From a candidate division WOR-3 bacterium (GTDB taxonomy: Bacteria > Hydrothermota > Tepidihabitantia > Tepidihabitantales > Tepidihabitantaceae): a DNA stretch of 64,000 nucleotides. The notes below the pieces were generated by a model. That model worked only from the letters and a program-made list of their open reading frames with translations, ran no database searches and was not told the origin of the DNA. Made by a program: the position numbers and the translations under genes. This document shows, piece by piece, positions 9,997 through 19,604 of this stretch (position 1 is the first letter of the stretch; each line of letters starts with the position of its first letter). The stretch spans positions 340,059 through 404,058 of the forward strand of contig JABLXZ010000004.1 in assembly GCA_013177935.1 (NCBI GenBank), in the 5' to 3' direction.

Positions 9997-11478
9997 ATGA
10001 AACACCTGTTCTTTTATTCCGGGATAATCGTCTCAGTGTTGCTCGGCACCGGTACCGCAACCACTAAAATTGACACCATCGGCACTACCGGTGTTGACGC
10101 CCAGAACTACGGTCCAATCTGGCAACGCATCGTTTATCTGCCCAACAGCGGGATTTACACCGCCTGGGTCAAAACCGGAATGTTTGCCAGTTATTACAGT
10201 TTCGCCACCAACACCTGGTCCGGTGAAGTTGAAGTATTCGGCTCCCAGCGCAACGCCAGCGGCAACCTTGATGTACCGGAAAACACCGCCTCCCCATACT
10301 ACCGCAGCACCTTCATATCCAGTTTTATCAACCGGGACCCGCGCTGGCCCATATTCGCCGTGGAGAGTGTTCCTGGCTCCACCAATTTTATTATGCGCCA
10401 ACCCGACTCAAACCTGATGGGTTGCTCGCGCGCACCCATCGCCTTTACCGCCAATAACTGGTTCCATCTGCTGTGCGTTGACCCCACAACTCAGGACACC
10501 TTGCTCTATTCCCGCTCGAGCGATTACGGTGTTACCTGGACAAAACCGGTATCTATCTGTAACGGGCTCCTGCCTGCTAATCCCACCTACAACATCGCCG
10601 CATCAGAAAACTCTTCACGCATCGCCGCGGTCTGGACCAATGAAGACTCTACCGCACTGTGGCTCAACATCTCCGAAGACGGTGGTACCACCTGGTCCGG
10701 TGCCCGCAACATCTTTCCGCCCCCAACAACTATTACCAACCCGAAACCGGGCAAGTTCGGTGCCTATGCTCAGTTTGACCCTGCAGACCGGCTGAACATC
10801 GTAACTCAGGTGTGGAACGGCACCAACCAAACTCCAGCAGAAATCTGGCACTGGCAGGAGAACAGGAACCCACAATGGACACTTGTTTATCGCTTTGCCC
10901 CCTCATCGGTTATTGCGCCTCCGGAACCCGGCGAACCGTTTGTGATAAGACCGAGTATCGGTTTTAGAGCAAGCGACGCATCACTCTTTGTTCTCTGGCT
11001 CAATTACGACTCCTTAAACTACGAACCCCAGACCCAGCTCGCCCGCGCTGACCTGTTCATCGCCCAATCCCAGAACAACGGCATCAACTGGAGCCGACCC
11101 TATCGTTTGACCGGACCGGACGAACATTCCCGACTTTCCCCCGGCATTGCACCAAAGGTTGACGACTCTATCTTCATCATCACCGTTGTCGACCAGATTG
11201 CCGGTGTCTATGAGCAGGGGCACGGACCCCAGACCATTAACCCGGTTTGTGTTCTACGCGTACCTGTATCTGACCTGCCCGGTGTTGAAGAAAAAATACC
11301 CAGCCGGTTGAATTACCAATCCCGAACAACCATCTATCAGATTTCAGGATTCCACCTCCTGCCCCGGACAAAACTGTACTCCGCTACCGGCAGGCAAATT
11401 GAAAAACCAACCCGTACTGGCATCTACTTCCTGCGTCAGAACGACCAAACCACGGGTAAGGTGGTGCTCCTTCCGTAA
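9997..11478 (+). CDS. secreted BNR/Asp-box (sialidase-fold) protein with T9SS-like C-terminal tail
   Basis: Signal peptide; Asp-boxes SSDYGVTW, SEDGGTTW, SQNNGINW; tail YSATGRQI...GIYFL. Confidence 0.75.
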   Translation: MKHLFFYSGIIVSVLLGTGTATTKIDTIGTTGVDAQNYGPIWQRIVYLPNSGIYTAWVKTGMFASYYSFATNTWSGEVEVFGSQRNASGNLDVPENTASPYYRSTFISSFINRDPRWPIFAVESVPGSTNFIMRQPDSNLMGCSRAPIAFTANNWFHLLCVDPTTQDTLLYSRSSDYGVTWTKPVSICNGLLPANPTYNIAASENSSRIAAVWTNEDSTALWLNISEDGGTTWSGARNIFPPPTTITNPKPGKFGAYAQFDPADRLNIVTQVWNGTNQTPAEIWHWQENRNPQWTLVYRFAPSSVIAPPEPGEPFVIRPSIGFRASDASLFVLWLNYDSLNYEPQTQLARADLFIAQSQNNGINWSRPYRLTGPDEHSRLSPGIAPKVDDSIFIITVVDQIAGVYEQGHGPQTINPVCVLRVPVSDLPGVEEKIPSRLNYQSRTTIYQISGFHLLPRTKLYSATGRQIEKPTRTGIYFLRQNDQTTGKVVLLP

Positions 11479-12906
11479 ATGGTTATCCTTTTTCTCCTGC
11501 TACCCGTTCAGATTTTCGTTGACACGATTGGCTGGACCGACCGCGACCGCCAGTTCCTCTTTCCCGCGGTACGCTACCTTGTTTACGACACCATGCACGG
11601 TATCTCCGCCGTTTACAAATCGGGCTATGGTGAAATCCGCTATAACTTTAGACCCCGCGGCAGCACCTGGCATTTCCCTTCTGGTGTCCTTGTCAACCCA
11701 TACCCGCGCAATCTGGGCTGTCTTGAATACAACGCCCGCAATGGCAGGACATTCATCTCCACCGACTATCTGAATCGGGGCCGACGCACCATCGCCAACT
11801 TTATTGACTCGGCACCGGGCGCGGCAACTTTTCAGGAAGGAGTGATTACCACCAATGCCGAGTTTCCCCTGGTTGCTGCCAGCCGCTACGGCTATCCGAA
11901 ATTTGCCGCCATCAGAAACGACACCCTCTTTTACTTAAGCGCCTGGTCCAGTTATCGTGTTGGTCATATTGGTCCTTTTCCCCGGCACAACATCATCGCC
12001 TCCAAAAACTCCTCCCGGCTTGGGTTCGTCTGGGCTGATGACCACGGCAACTTAAACCTGCGCGAAACCCCCGACAATGGCAGCACCTGGTATCCGCGCC
12101 GCCTAATCAGCGACAGCGTTCCCTCTGCCTGTAACCGTTCCCTTTTTGGTGCCCAGGCAACTTACGACTCAATTCGTATCCACATCGTCGCCGACCTTTA
12201 CGACGGTCAAAACCGGGGCAGGGTGCAACTCTGGCACTACTCTCCTTCTGACACACCACCCTGGCACTTTATCTACGAATTCAACTTTCCCGACACAACA
12301 AAACTTGGACGCTACACCGCTGCTCTGTGCCGGCCCAGTATCGGTATCGACCGCAGTTTAGGCAACTCCAGCCTTAATCAACTTTATGTTATCTGGGAAC
12401 AGTTCGACCCCGAAAACATCGACCCGCACACCGGCATCGCCCGCGCCGACATCTGGGCATCTTATTCATCCGATAACGGCAAAACCTGGACTGTGCCCAT
12501 CCGTCTTACTGTCCCCGACTCAACATCAAAACGCTTCCCCTTCCTTGCCGAACTGGTTGACGACACCCTGCATATCATCTACTTTGCCGACCGGATAGCC
12601 GGCTGCTGGGAACTGGAAGAGGGTGAATCAACCTTAAACCCAGTGGTTTATCTGCAGGTTCCCGCCGGCATCTTTAAAGAACAGTCCATAAATCAACCAC
12701 CATCACCCCCTGTTTTTTACCCTACGCGCCCAACAATCGCCACCATCCCGGCAACCAGCCCGAACAACCTTGTAATCTACGACCCGCTCGGCAGAAAAAT
12801 AAGTACAGGCAATTCGCTACCCCTGATTAAAAACCTGCCCGCGGGCATCTACTTCATCGGCTCCGAAAACGCCGCCCCAATCCACAAAATCGTTAAAATT
12901 CGCTAA
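11479..12906 (+). CDS. paralogous secreted BNR/Asp-box protein with T9SS-like tail
   Basis: TPDNGSTW, SSDNGKTW; shares DTIG.T, RPSIG and ARAD motifs with the upstream gene; tail IYDPLGRKI...LPAGIYFI. Confidence 0.75.
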   Translation: MVILFLLLPVQIFVDTIGWTDRDRQFLFPAVRYLVYDTMHGISAVYKSGYGEIRYNFRPRGSTWHFPSGVLVNPYPRNLGCLEYNARNGRTFISTDYLNRGRRTIANFIDSAPGAATFQEGVITTNAEFPLVAASRYGYPKFAAIRNDTLFYLSAWSSYRVGHIGPFPRHNIIASKNSSRLGFVWADDHGNLNLRETPDNGSTWYPRRLISDSVPSACNRSLFGAQATYDSIRIHIVADLYDGQNRGRVQLWHYSPSDTPPWHFIYEFNFPDTTKLGRYTAALCRPSIGIDRSLGNSSLNQLYVIWEQFDPENIDPHTGIARADIWASYSSDNGKTWTVPIRLTVPDSTSKRFPFLAELVDDTLHIIYFADRIAGCWELEEGESTLNPVVYLQVPAGIFKEQSINQPPSPPVFYPTRPTIATIPATSPNNLVIYDPLGRKISTGNSLPLIKNLPAGIYFIGSENAAPIHKIVKIR

Positions 12907-13010
12907 CTTTGTAATGACACATCGCCCTTACCATTGCACTCTCAGTTTCTCTATTTCTTGACACCTCCACAGTCTCTTATTATCCTTTTGAAAACTAAAT
13001 AGGAGGACAC

Positions 13011-13199
13011 TTGGCAAAGCATTGTGAAATATGTGGAAAAGTTGCAATTGTTGGCTCAAACATCAGCCACGCCCATAATGTCACTAAAAGACGCTGGGAG
13101 CCGAACCTTCAGCGGGTTCGCATCAAAGAAGGTACCGCAACCCGGCGCATCTGGGTCTGTACCCGGTGTTTGCGCTCCGGCAAGGTGCAAAAGGCTTGA
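13011..13199 (+). CDS. rpmB: 50S ribosomal protein L28 (zinc-binding type)
   Basis: CEICGK...SHAHNVTKRRWEPNLQ...CTRCLRSG; TTG start with AGGAGG SD. Confidence 0.95.
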   Translation: MAKHCEICGKVAIVGSNISHAHNVTKRRWEPNLQRVRIKEGTATRRIWVCTRCLRSGKVQKA

Positions 13200-13365
13200 T
13201 GCCGTTAAACGGACTTCTTGGTCTGGTGTGCCGGTTGACACACTCTGTCCGGTTAAAGGTGTTGCCGACAACTCACACCTGCGACCGTTCGCCCTTCCCA
13301 TTTCTCACTACCCATTCAGCACCCAACAATCTTTCTTCTCCCTTGACGGCGTTACCTCATACTTT

Positions 13366-13403
13366 TTCCCCTCCCTTGAAGGGAAGGCAAAAGGGGGAGG
13401 GTG
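13366..13403. repeat. short C-run/G-run palindromic element
   Basis: TTCCCCTCCCTTGAAGGGAAGG...GGGGAGGGTG; 29/38 identical to 16391-16428 by hand alignment. Confidence 0.5.
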
Positions 13404-13457
13404 TTCTCACCACCCTTGCAGCGCAACCCCGAAACGCACCAACAAAAAGGAGGCTAA

Positions 13458-14411
13458 TTGAACTGTTTAATTACTGGTATTACCGGCTTTGCCGGCAGCC
13501 ATCTGGCTGAATATCTTTTAAGTTTAGGTTCCTGCGAGGTCCACGGAACTATCCGCTGGCGCTCGCGTACCGAAAACATTGAACACCTGAAAGGGAAAAT
13601 CCACCTCCACGACTGTGACCTGCGCGATTCCGGCTCGATTTACCGTTTAATCGCCGATTTGAAACCCGACCGCATCTACCACCTTGCCGCCCAGAGTTAT
13701 GTTCCGATGTCCTGGATTGCACCCCAGGAGACCTTCGTCACCAATGTCATCGGTCAATTGAACATCTTGGAAGCGGTCCGCGCCACCGGCTGCTCCTGCC
13801 GGATTCACATTGCCGGCTCCAGCGAAGAGTACGGTCTGGTTCTGCCCGATGAAACACCAATCAAGGAGACCAATCCTCTGCGCCCCCTTTCCCCTTATGC
13901 AGTGAGTAAAGTGGCTCAGGATTTGATGGGCTACCAGTACCATCAGAGTTACAAGATGCACATCATCCGCACCCGGGGCTTTAACCACACTGGACCAAGA
14001 CGGGGCGTGGTTTTCGTCACATCCAACTTTGCCCGCCAGATTGTTGAAATTGAGAAAGGCAAAAGGGAACCGGTGCTCTATGTTGGTAACCTTGAAGCGG
14101 TTCGGGATTTCACCGATGTTCGAGATACGGTTCGCGCCTACTATCTGATTCTCGAAAAAGGGGTTCCGGGTGAAGTTTACAATGTGGCATCAGGCAGGGG
14201 CTACAAAATTCGCCAGGTCCTTGAAATCCTGCAGAGCCTTTCCACCGCAAAATTTCAGGTTAAACAGGACCCGAACCGGCTCCGGCCCAGTGATGTGGAA
14301 CTCTTAATTGGCGACCCTACAAAGTTAAAGAAGGCGACCGGCTGGGAGCCACAGTACCAGTTTGAACAGACCTTAAAAGACCTGCTCGACTACTGGCGGG
14401 AGCGGGTGTGA
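13458..14411 (+). CDS. GDP-mannose 4,6-dehydratase / Rmd-like SDR
   Basis: TGITGFAGSHL, HLAAQS, YAVSK (YxxxK), RDFTDVRD. Confidence 0.88.
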   Translation: MNCLITGITGFAGSHLAEYLLSLGSCEVHGTIRWRSRTENIEHLKGKIHLHDCDLRDSGSIYRLIADLKPDRIYHLAAQSYVPMSWIAPQETFVTNVIGQLNILEAVRATGCSCRIHIAGSSEEYGLVLPDETPIKETNPLRPLSPYAVSKVAQDLMGYQYHQSYKMHIIRTRGFNHTGPRRGVVFVTSNFARQIVEIEKGKREPVLYVGNLEAVRDFTDVRDTVRAYYLILEKGVPGEVYNVASGRGYKIRQVLEILQSLSTAKFQVKQDPNRLRPSDVELLIGDPTKLKKATGWEPQYQFEQTLKDLLDYWRERV

Positions 14412-15328
14412 GGGTCTTTGTCACCGGGATTGAAGGGTTTGTTGGCGCTCATCTTGCTCGCTATCTTCAAGAGCGGGGTGACGAAGTTTACGGTACCCAT
14501 TACGCATCGGTTCAAGAAGAACTGCCCGCAACACTCTTCCCCTGTGACATCAACGACTTCAACGCCATAAAAAGGGCGCTGGAAGAAAGCCGACCTGATT
14601 GGCTCATCCATCTTGCCGGCATCTCATCGGTTGCCGAAGCAGAAAAAAACCCCATACCCACCTACCAGGTCAACACTCTGGGCACCTTAAAACTGCTCAT
14701 TGCTGTGCATCAGCTGATGCTGCCCTGCCGGATTCTCTTAATCTCATCGGCTGATGTTTATGGCAGAGGCGACAAACCCCATTCCGAAACCGACCCACTT
14801 CAACCCCTTACCGCCTATGCCCGGAGCAAATACCTTGCCGAAGAGATTGCCCGGCTCTATTACCAGACCTGGGATATGGACATCGTTATCCTTCGGCCTT
14901 TCAGCCACACCGGTCCGGGTCAGGCAGACCGGTTTGTCTTTGCCCGGGTTGCCAGCCACATCGCTAAGGTTGAGCAGGGCAAAGCCCCACCGATTCTTGA
15001 AATGGGCGACCTCGAAGTCCGCCGCGACTACACCGATGTCCGGGACATCGTCCGTGCTTATATATTCGCGCTGGAAAACTGCCCTGCTGGTGAAACCTAC
15101 AATGTCACATCAGGCAGACCGGTACGGTTGCGGGATGGTGTGGAAATCCTTTTGCGCCTTGCCCGCAAGAATATTGAAATCAGGCAGGGGGTTATTGAGA
15201 AAAGGCCCTATGACATCCCGTTCCTTTCGGGCAACCCCGAAAAGTTTCATCGGGCAACCGGCTGGACCGCGCAAATCCCATTGGAAAAAACCCTCTCCGA
15301 CCTGCTTGAATACTACCGCAGCCGTTGA
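14408..15328 (+). CDS. GDP-4-keto-6-deoxy-mannose reductase (Rmd-like SDR)
   Basis: TGIEGFVG, YARSK, RPFSHTGPGQ, RDYTDVRD. Confidence 0.85.
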   Translation: MRVFVTGIEGFVGAHLARYLQERGDEVYGTHYASVQEELPATLFPCDINDFNAIKRALEESRPDWLIHLAGISSVAEAEKNPIPTYQVNTLGTLKLLIAVHQLMLPCRILLISSADVYGRGDKPHSETDPLQPLTAYARSKYLAEEIARLYYQTWDMDIVILRPFSHTGPGQADRFVFARVASHIAKVEQGKAPPILEMGDLEVRRDYTDVRDIVRAYIFALENCPAGETYNVTSGRPVRLRDGVEILLRLARKNIEIRQGVIEKRPYDIPFLSGNPEKFHRATGWTAQIPLEKTLSDLLEYYRSR

Positions 15329-16197
15329 AACTGTCAGTCATCATCGTCACCTACAACAGCGAATCGGACATCAAGCCCTGCCTTGATGCGCTTATTGCAT
15401 CTCAGCCTGCGGCGGAAGTCATCGTAATTGACAACCTCTCGCAGGACAAAACCCGGGAAATTTTGCAATCTTTTTCTAATATCAAAACCATCCTCAACCC
15501 CAAAAATGTCGGCTATGCCCGCGCCAACAACCAGGGCATCGCCATCGCGCAGGGCGAATACATCCTGCTGCTCAACCCGGACACCGAAGTCCAGCCCGAT
15601 GCGCTTCAACAACTCGTTGACCACCTTGACCGCAACCCGGAATGTGCCGCGGTGGCGCCCCGCCTTTTAAACCCGGACGGCTCCCAGCAACTGTCAATCC
15701 GAGCCTTTCCCACCTTCTCTTCGGTCTTGCTGGAGATGACCAGTCTTCCCCGCCTTTTTCCCCGCTGCCCGCGCCTTAATGCCTGGCGCCTGCGTCACTT
15801 TGACTACGAAAAACCCGGACCGGTAGAGCAACCGATGGCATCCTGCCTTTTAATCCGGCGTTCGGTCCTTATAGAACTGGGCGGGTTCGACGAAAAGTTC
15901 CCCATCTACTACAACGATGTTGACATCATGTACCGGATGGCGCGCAAAGGCTATCAGACCTATTACCTGCCATCCGCCCGGGTTTTTCACAAAATTGGCG
16001 GTAGCACAAACACAATAAAATCAAAAATGATTTACGAAAACCATCGCTCCCTTTTCCGCTTTTTGAAAAAACACACCCCGAAAACCCGCTTCTTGTTTCA
16101 GGCGATTATCCTTTTACCCCTACTCGAAATCTCTGCCCTGATTCGTGCCCTTTACTGGCACCTGCGCGGGTACGCTGGCGACGATAAACAACAATAA
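15325..16197 (+). CDS. glycosyltransferase family 2 (rhamnosyltransferase-like)
   Basis: SVIIVTYN, IDN.S.D, GYARANN, LLLNPD, GGFDEKF. Confidence 0.9.
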   Translation: MKLSVIIVTYNSESDIKPCLDALIASQPAAEVIVIDNLSQDKTREILQSFSNIKTILNPKNVGYARANNQGIAIAQGEYILLLNPDTEVQPDALQQLVDHLDRNPECAAVAPRLLNPDGSQQLSIRAFPTFSSVLLEMTSLPRLFPRCPRLNAWRLRHFDYEKPGPVEQPMASCLLIRRSVLIELGGFDEKFPIYYNDVDIMYRMARKGYQTYYLPSARVFHKIGGSTNTIKSKMIYENHRSLFRFLKKHTPKTRFLFQAIILLPLLEISALIRALYWHLRGYAGDDKQQ

Positions 16198-16207
16198 CCG
16201 CGCAAAT

Positions 16208-16235
16208 GTAAGGGCACTTTGCTACATACCCCTAC
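16208..16235. repeat. degenerate REP-like unit overlapping a stop codon
   Basis: GTAAGGGCACTTTGCTACATACCCCTAC; its CTA (16232-16234) is the TAG stop of the minus-strand gene. Confidence 0.5.
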
Positions 16236-17518
16236 GATAACCGGTCAAAATAGGCTGCCAGCCGCTTTGCCTGCAACCGCCGGTTGTAACGGTCAACCCC
16301 CATCACCCCTGATGAACTCCTCGCCTCTACGCTCCCATTTTCCTCCCTCGTTACTCCTCCCCTTTCCTTTATACCGGCACCCTTCACTCCTTCCCCGCCC
16401 TTGATGGAAGGAGACAAAGGGGAGGGTACTATCTCTCTGATTTCCCGCAGACACCTGACAAAACCCTGCCGGTCCTGACAGACCAGCCCCTGCCCCGTCG
16501 TTTTTACCATTTGCGCCGGCTCTGAATCTTCATCCGCCCAGACAACAATCGGCTTGTAACTGCCTAAATACTCGTACAGTTTCAATCCCACCGGTTGACC
16601 GGGCTTGCCCAGATACAAAAGCGCCTGCGCACCCTTCATCAGGCTTATCGCCCGCTGATGGGAGACAACACCTAAAAACTGGACCTGCGGACTGCTTTCA
16701 AACCGGTGCCTCACCTCTGCGGAAACTCCGCCCGCAATGTAGAGCCGGGCATCAGGCATCTCCCCCAAACCCTGCACAACTTCGCTCAATGTTTGTTCCT
16801 GATGCCACAGATTACCCGCATACAGGATGCTGAAACCATCAAGCGGTTCGGGCTCCACCTTAAAATCGTCCGGGTCAAACCCGTTTTCAAGAACCTCCAC
16901 CCTTTCCCCAACAAGACGGGCAGTTCCTTGATTGACCGCCAGTACCAGTTTTGCCTGATTTAATATCCGCTCTCGCAACCGCAAAAGCCTCCTCTTTTGA
17001 ACCTGGGGTGGCTCTTCAAACCCACCGGGCCAGGGGTCGCGGAAATCAGCCACAAAAGGCAGCCCGCTCCATCGGGAAAGTTTCTCACCTACTATCAACG
17101 CGGTCCAGGGTGGCGCCGATGCGAAAATCACCTGAGGCTTGAATTGGGCAATAACATTCTTACCCGTCCTGACCGCAAATGGCAACCAACCGACCTTGCT
17201 ATCCGGAAAGAAAAGACGACGGAAAACTAACTTAAAGAAGCCTGATTTGCCGGTTTTTTCTGAACCCCCCTTTATCTTTTTCACCCCAACCACTCTTAAC
17301 AACCGATTCGGGTCCAGACTTGCGGTGCGAAATACCTTCGCCTTACTTAAATCGGCAACAAGGTCCGGGTCGTAGGCATAATAGGCAACATCCTTCACCG
17401 TTAAAAGCAGAACCTCCCAGCCAAACTCGGGCAGAAACCTGGTAAGTTTTGTCACCCGCATCACACCGGAAAGCCCGAGCGGCGGTGTGTAGTAGGCGAC
17501 AAAAAGCACCCTTTTCAC
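16232..17518 (-). CDS. glycosyltransferase family 4-like (GT-B)
   Basis: VLFVAYY.PP...GV.R, FPD...GW, ADFRDPW, KLYEYL. Confidence 0.85.
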   Translation of the reverse strand: MKRVLFVAYYTPPLGLSGVMRVTKLTRFLPEFGWEVLLLTVKDVAYYAYDPDLVADLSKAKVFRTASLDPNRLLRVVGVKKIKGGSEKTGKSGFFKLVFRRLFFPDSKVGWLPFAVRTGKNVIAQFKPQVIFASAPPWTALIVGEKLSRWSGLPFVADFRDPWPGGFEEPPQVQKRRLLRLRERILNQAKLVLAVNQGTARLVGERVEVLENGFDPDDFKVEPEPLDGFSILYAGNLWHQEQTLSEVVQGLGEMPDARLYIAGGVSAEVRHRFESSPQVQFLGVVSHQRAISLMKGAQALLYLGKPGQPVGLKLYEYLGSYKPIVVWADEDSEPAQMVKTTGQGLVCQDRQGFVRCLREIREIVPSPLSPSIKGGEGVKGAGIKERGGVTREENGSVEARSSSGVMGVDRYNRRLQAKRLAAYFDRLS

Positions 17519-19569
17519 CCGCGCTCTCCTGTTTCCCCGTTTTCCCCGGGCAGATGTTCGGTGATTTGTGCCTTCACAACCGCCGGCTCCATCCGCACCA
17601 GTTGAATTGAGTCGAGAAACTCATAAAGCCCGTCAATATCCAGGGTCAACAGGTGGTCTTCAATCTGCAAATCTGGTGGCAAATCCCGGAAAAAAGCACC
17701 CGAACCAAGGCTGTCCTCAAACTCCAGAAGGTGGTCCCGCACCACCCGTTTTACCGCATCCCGTCCCGGTAACGGAAATCGCCCCTCCTGCAACCTTGCC
17801 GCGGGCAGTACCATCACCTTACCCGCCATATCCACCGCCGCCACCCCTTCGGACTGCAACGCCAGAGTTAAAACCCCGCCATAGGTCGCACCGAGAAGAT
17901 GAACCAGATACGCTTGACCACCTTCAAAAAAATACGGGAACTCACCCGACTTCAACCCCGGAAAAATCCTTGACTTTAACACCTCTGCCATCCGGTAAAA
18001 GTACCCGCCGGTTCCGGTTCCTTCAAAAACCTTGGTACTGGGAGATACCGCGCCGTGTGGTCGGACAAAAATTTTCTTATCCTTTTCGCGCCGTTCCACA
18101 ACCTCCCAGGATTTGCCCCCAAGAACAAACCGCTCAAACACAAAGAACACCGAACCAACCTCCTGACCGCTGCTTACATCAACCACCTGATACTGACCAA
18201 AACTCTTCTCCTGAATGTTAGAGTGAACCTTTCCGGTCTCAACCCGGTGTTCTACTTTTGGAGTAAGAAAGTAAACTCCGTTGCCCTTTTCCTGCAAAAT
18301 CCCCTCCCGCACCAGATGGAAAAACACCTTTTCCACCACCGGGCTATTTCCCACCAGCGGTTGAAAAATCCGCCGCACCGCCTCTAACGTTGTGCCGATG
18401 CGCCGGCGCTGAAAACAGTAAGAAATAATCTGCTGGGGCAGAACCGAAAGACAGGGTGTGTACCTCTTATCAAAAAGTTTTCCCTCCCGGGCACAGTCGA
18501 TAAAGGTCTCAAACAAAAGCCGCTCCCAGGGGTCAAGATAAACCCCAATCATATACAGCCCGTTCCCGCGGCGGCGATTGCCCCGGCCGATACGCTGCAA
18601 AAGGGAAGAGACATTAAACGGTGGCCTAAACAGCACCACCGCATCAACATCACCGATGTCAATTCCTAACTCAAGGGTTGAAGTACAGCAGAGGATTCCG
18701 CTCCTTTCTCCGGTCATTCTTGCCTCAACCTCCTCCCGTACCTGCCGGTTCAAACTGGCATGATGGACCCATACCCGGCCGGAAAATGGCGGCAGGTCAA
18801 AAAGCTTCACCCCGCTTTCTGCGAGAGAGCGGGCGTTAAAAAACACCAGCGCCTTGTCACAACCCTGCTCCTGCAGCCGCCTGACAACCCGCCGGTACCA
18901 ATCCTTTTTCCCTGGCAGAAGTTCGGCGTTTATCTCACGGCGCTTTGCCACCTGCACCACCCCGGCACCAGAAAAGTACCGTTCACCCATCAACACATCG
19001 TCAACCGTTGCCGAAAGCGCATAGCCATTAAAATCGGGCTTAATCAACCGTAACCGTTCCAGCAGCACCCGTAACTGGTCACCCCGGGGCGTATTGTCAA
19101 GGAGGTGAATCTCGTCAACAATGACCGCGGTCAGGGTTTTAAAAATCCGTGGATGCCGGCACAAAAGCGAGTCAAACGACTCCGGCGTGGTTAAAAGCAT
19201 AAACGGCAGTCTGCGCTCATCAATCTGCGGGTGGTCACCGGTCTTGCGCTCCAGTTTCAGCCCGAGGTACTCCAGAGGCTCAAGTAGTCGGCGATAAAGG
19301 TCGTTGACCAGCGCCCTGGTCGGTGAAACATACAGAACCGCAAAACCCCTCTTTCCCATCCCGAGCAAACGCTCCACCACCGGTGCCACCACCGCTTCCG
19401 TTTTACCCGATGCCGCGGGCGAAATAACCACCAAATTTTCGCCCCGAAGGATGCGGGGAATCGCCTCAATCTGAACTTCGGTCAATCGGCCAAACCGGGC
19501 AAAAAATGCCGGATAGGTTCGGGGCAGTAGCGCCTTTACCGCCCGCTGCTCTTTTATTTCGTCCTGCAT
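17515..19569 (-). CDS. Lhr-like DEAD/DEAH-box helicase (BrxHI/SngC-like)
   Basis: Q motif LTEVQ, SPAASGKTEA, SPTRALVND, DEIH, SAT, TSTLELGIDIG, QRIGRGNR. Confidence 0.9.
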   Translation of the reverse strand: MQDEIKEQRAVKALLPRTYPAFFARFGRLTEVQIEAIPRILRGENLVVISPAASGKTEAVVAPVVERLLGMGKRGFAVLYVSPTRALVNDLYRRLLEPLEYLGLKLERKTGDHPQIDERRLPFMLLTTPESFDSLLCRHPRIFKTLTAVIVDEIHLLDNTPRGDQLRVLLERLRLIKPDFNGYALSATVDDVLMGERYFSGAGVVQVAKRREINAELLPGKKDWYRRVVRRLQEQGCDKALVFFNARSLAESGVKLFDLPPFSGRVWVHHASLNRQVREEVEARMTGERSGILCCTSTLELGIDIGDVDAVVLFRPPFNVSSLLQRIGRGNRRRGNGLYMIGVYLDPWERLLFETFIDCAREGKLFDKRYTPCLSVLPQQIISYCFQRRRIGTTLEAVRRIFQPLVGNSPVVEKVFFHLVREGILQEKGNGVYFLTPKVEHRVETGKVHSNIQEKSFGQYQVVDVSSGQEVGSVFFVFERFVLGGKSWEVVERREKDKKIFVRPHGAVSPSTKVFEGTGTGGYFYRMAEVLKSRIFPGLKSGEFPYFFEGGQAYLVHLLGATYGGVLTLALQSEGVAAVDMAGKVMVLPAARLQEGRFPLPGRDAVKRVVRDHLLEFEDSLGSGAFFRDLPPDLQIEDHLLTLDIDGLYEFLDSIQLVRMEPAVVKAQITEHLPGENGETGERG

Positions 19570-19604
19570 TAATGGTCTTTGCCTGACCGCTGCCGGTCCA
19601 TCTC

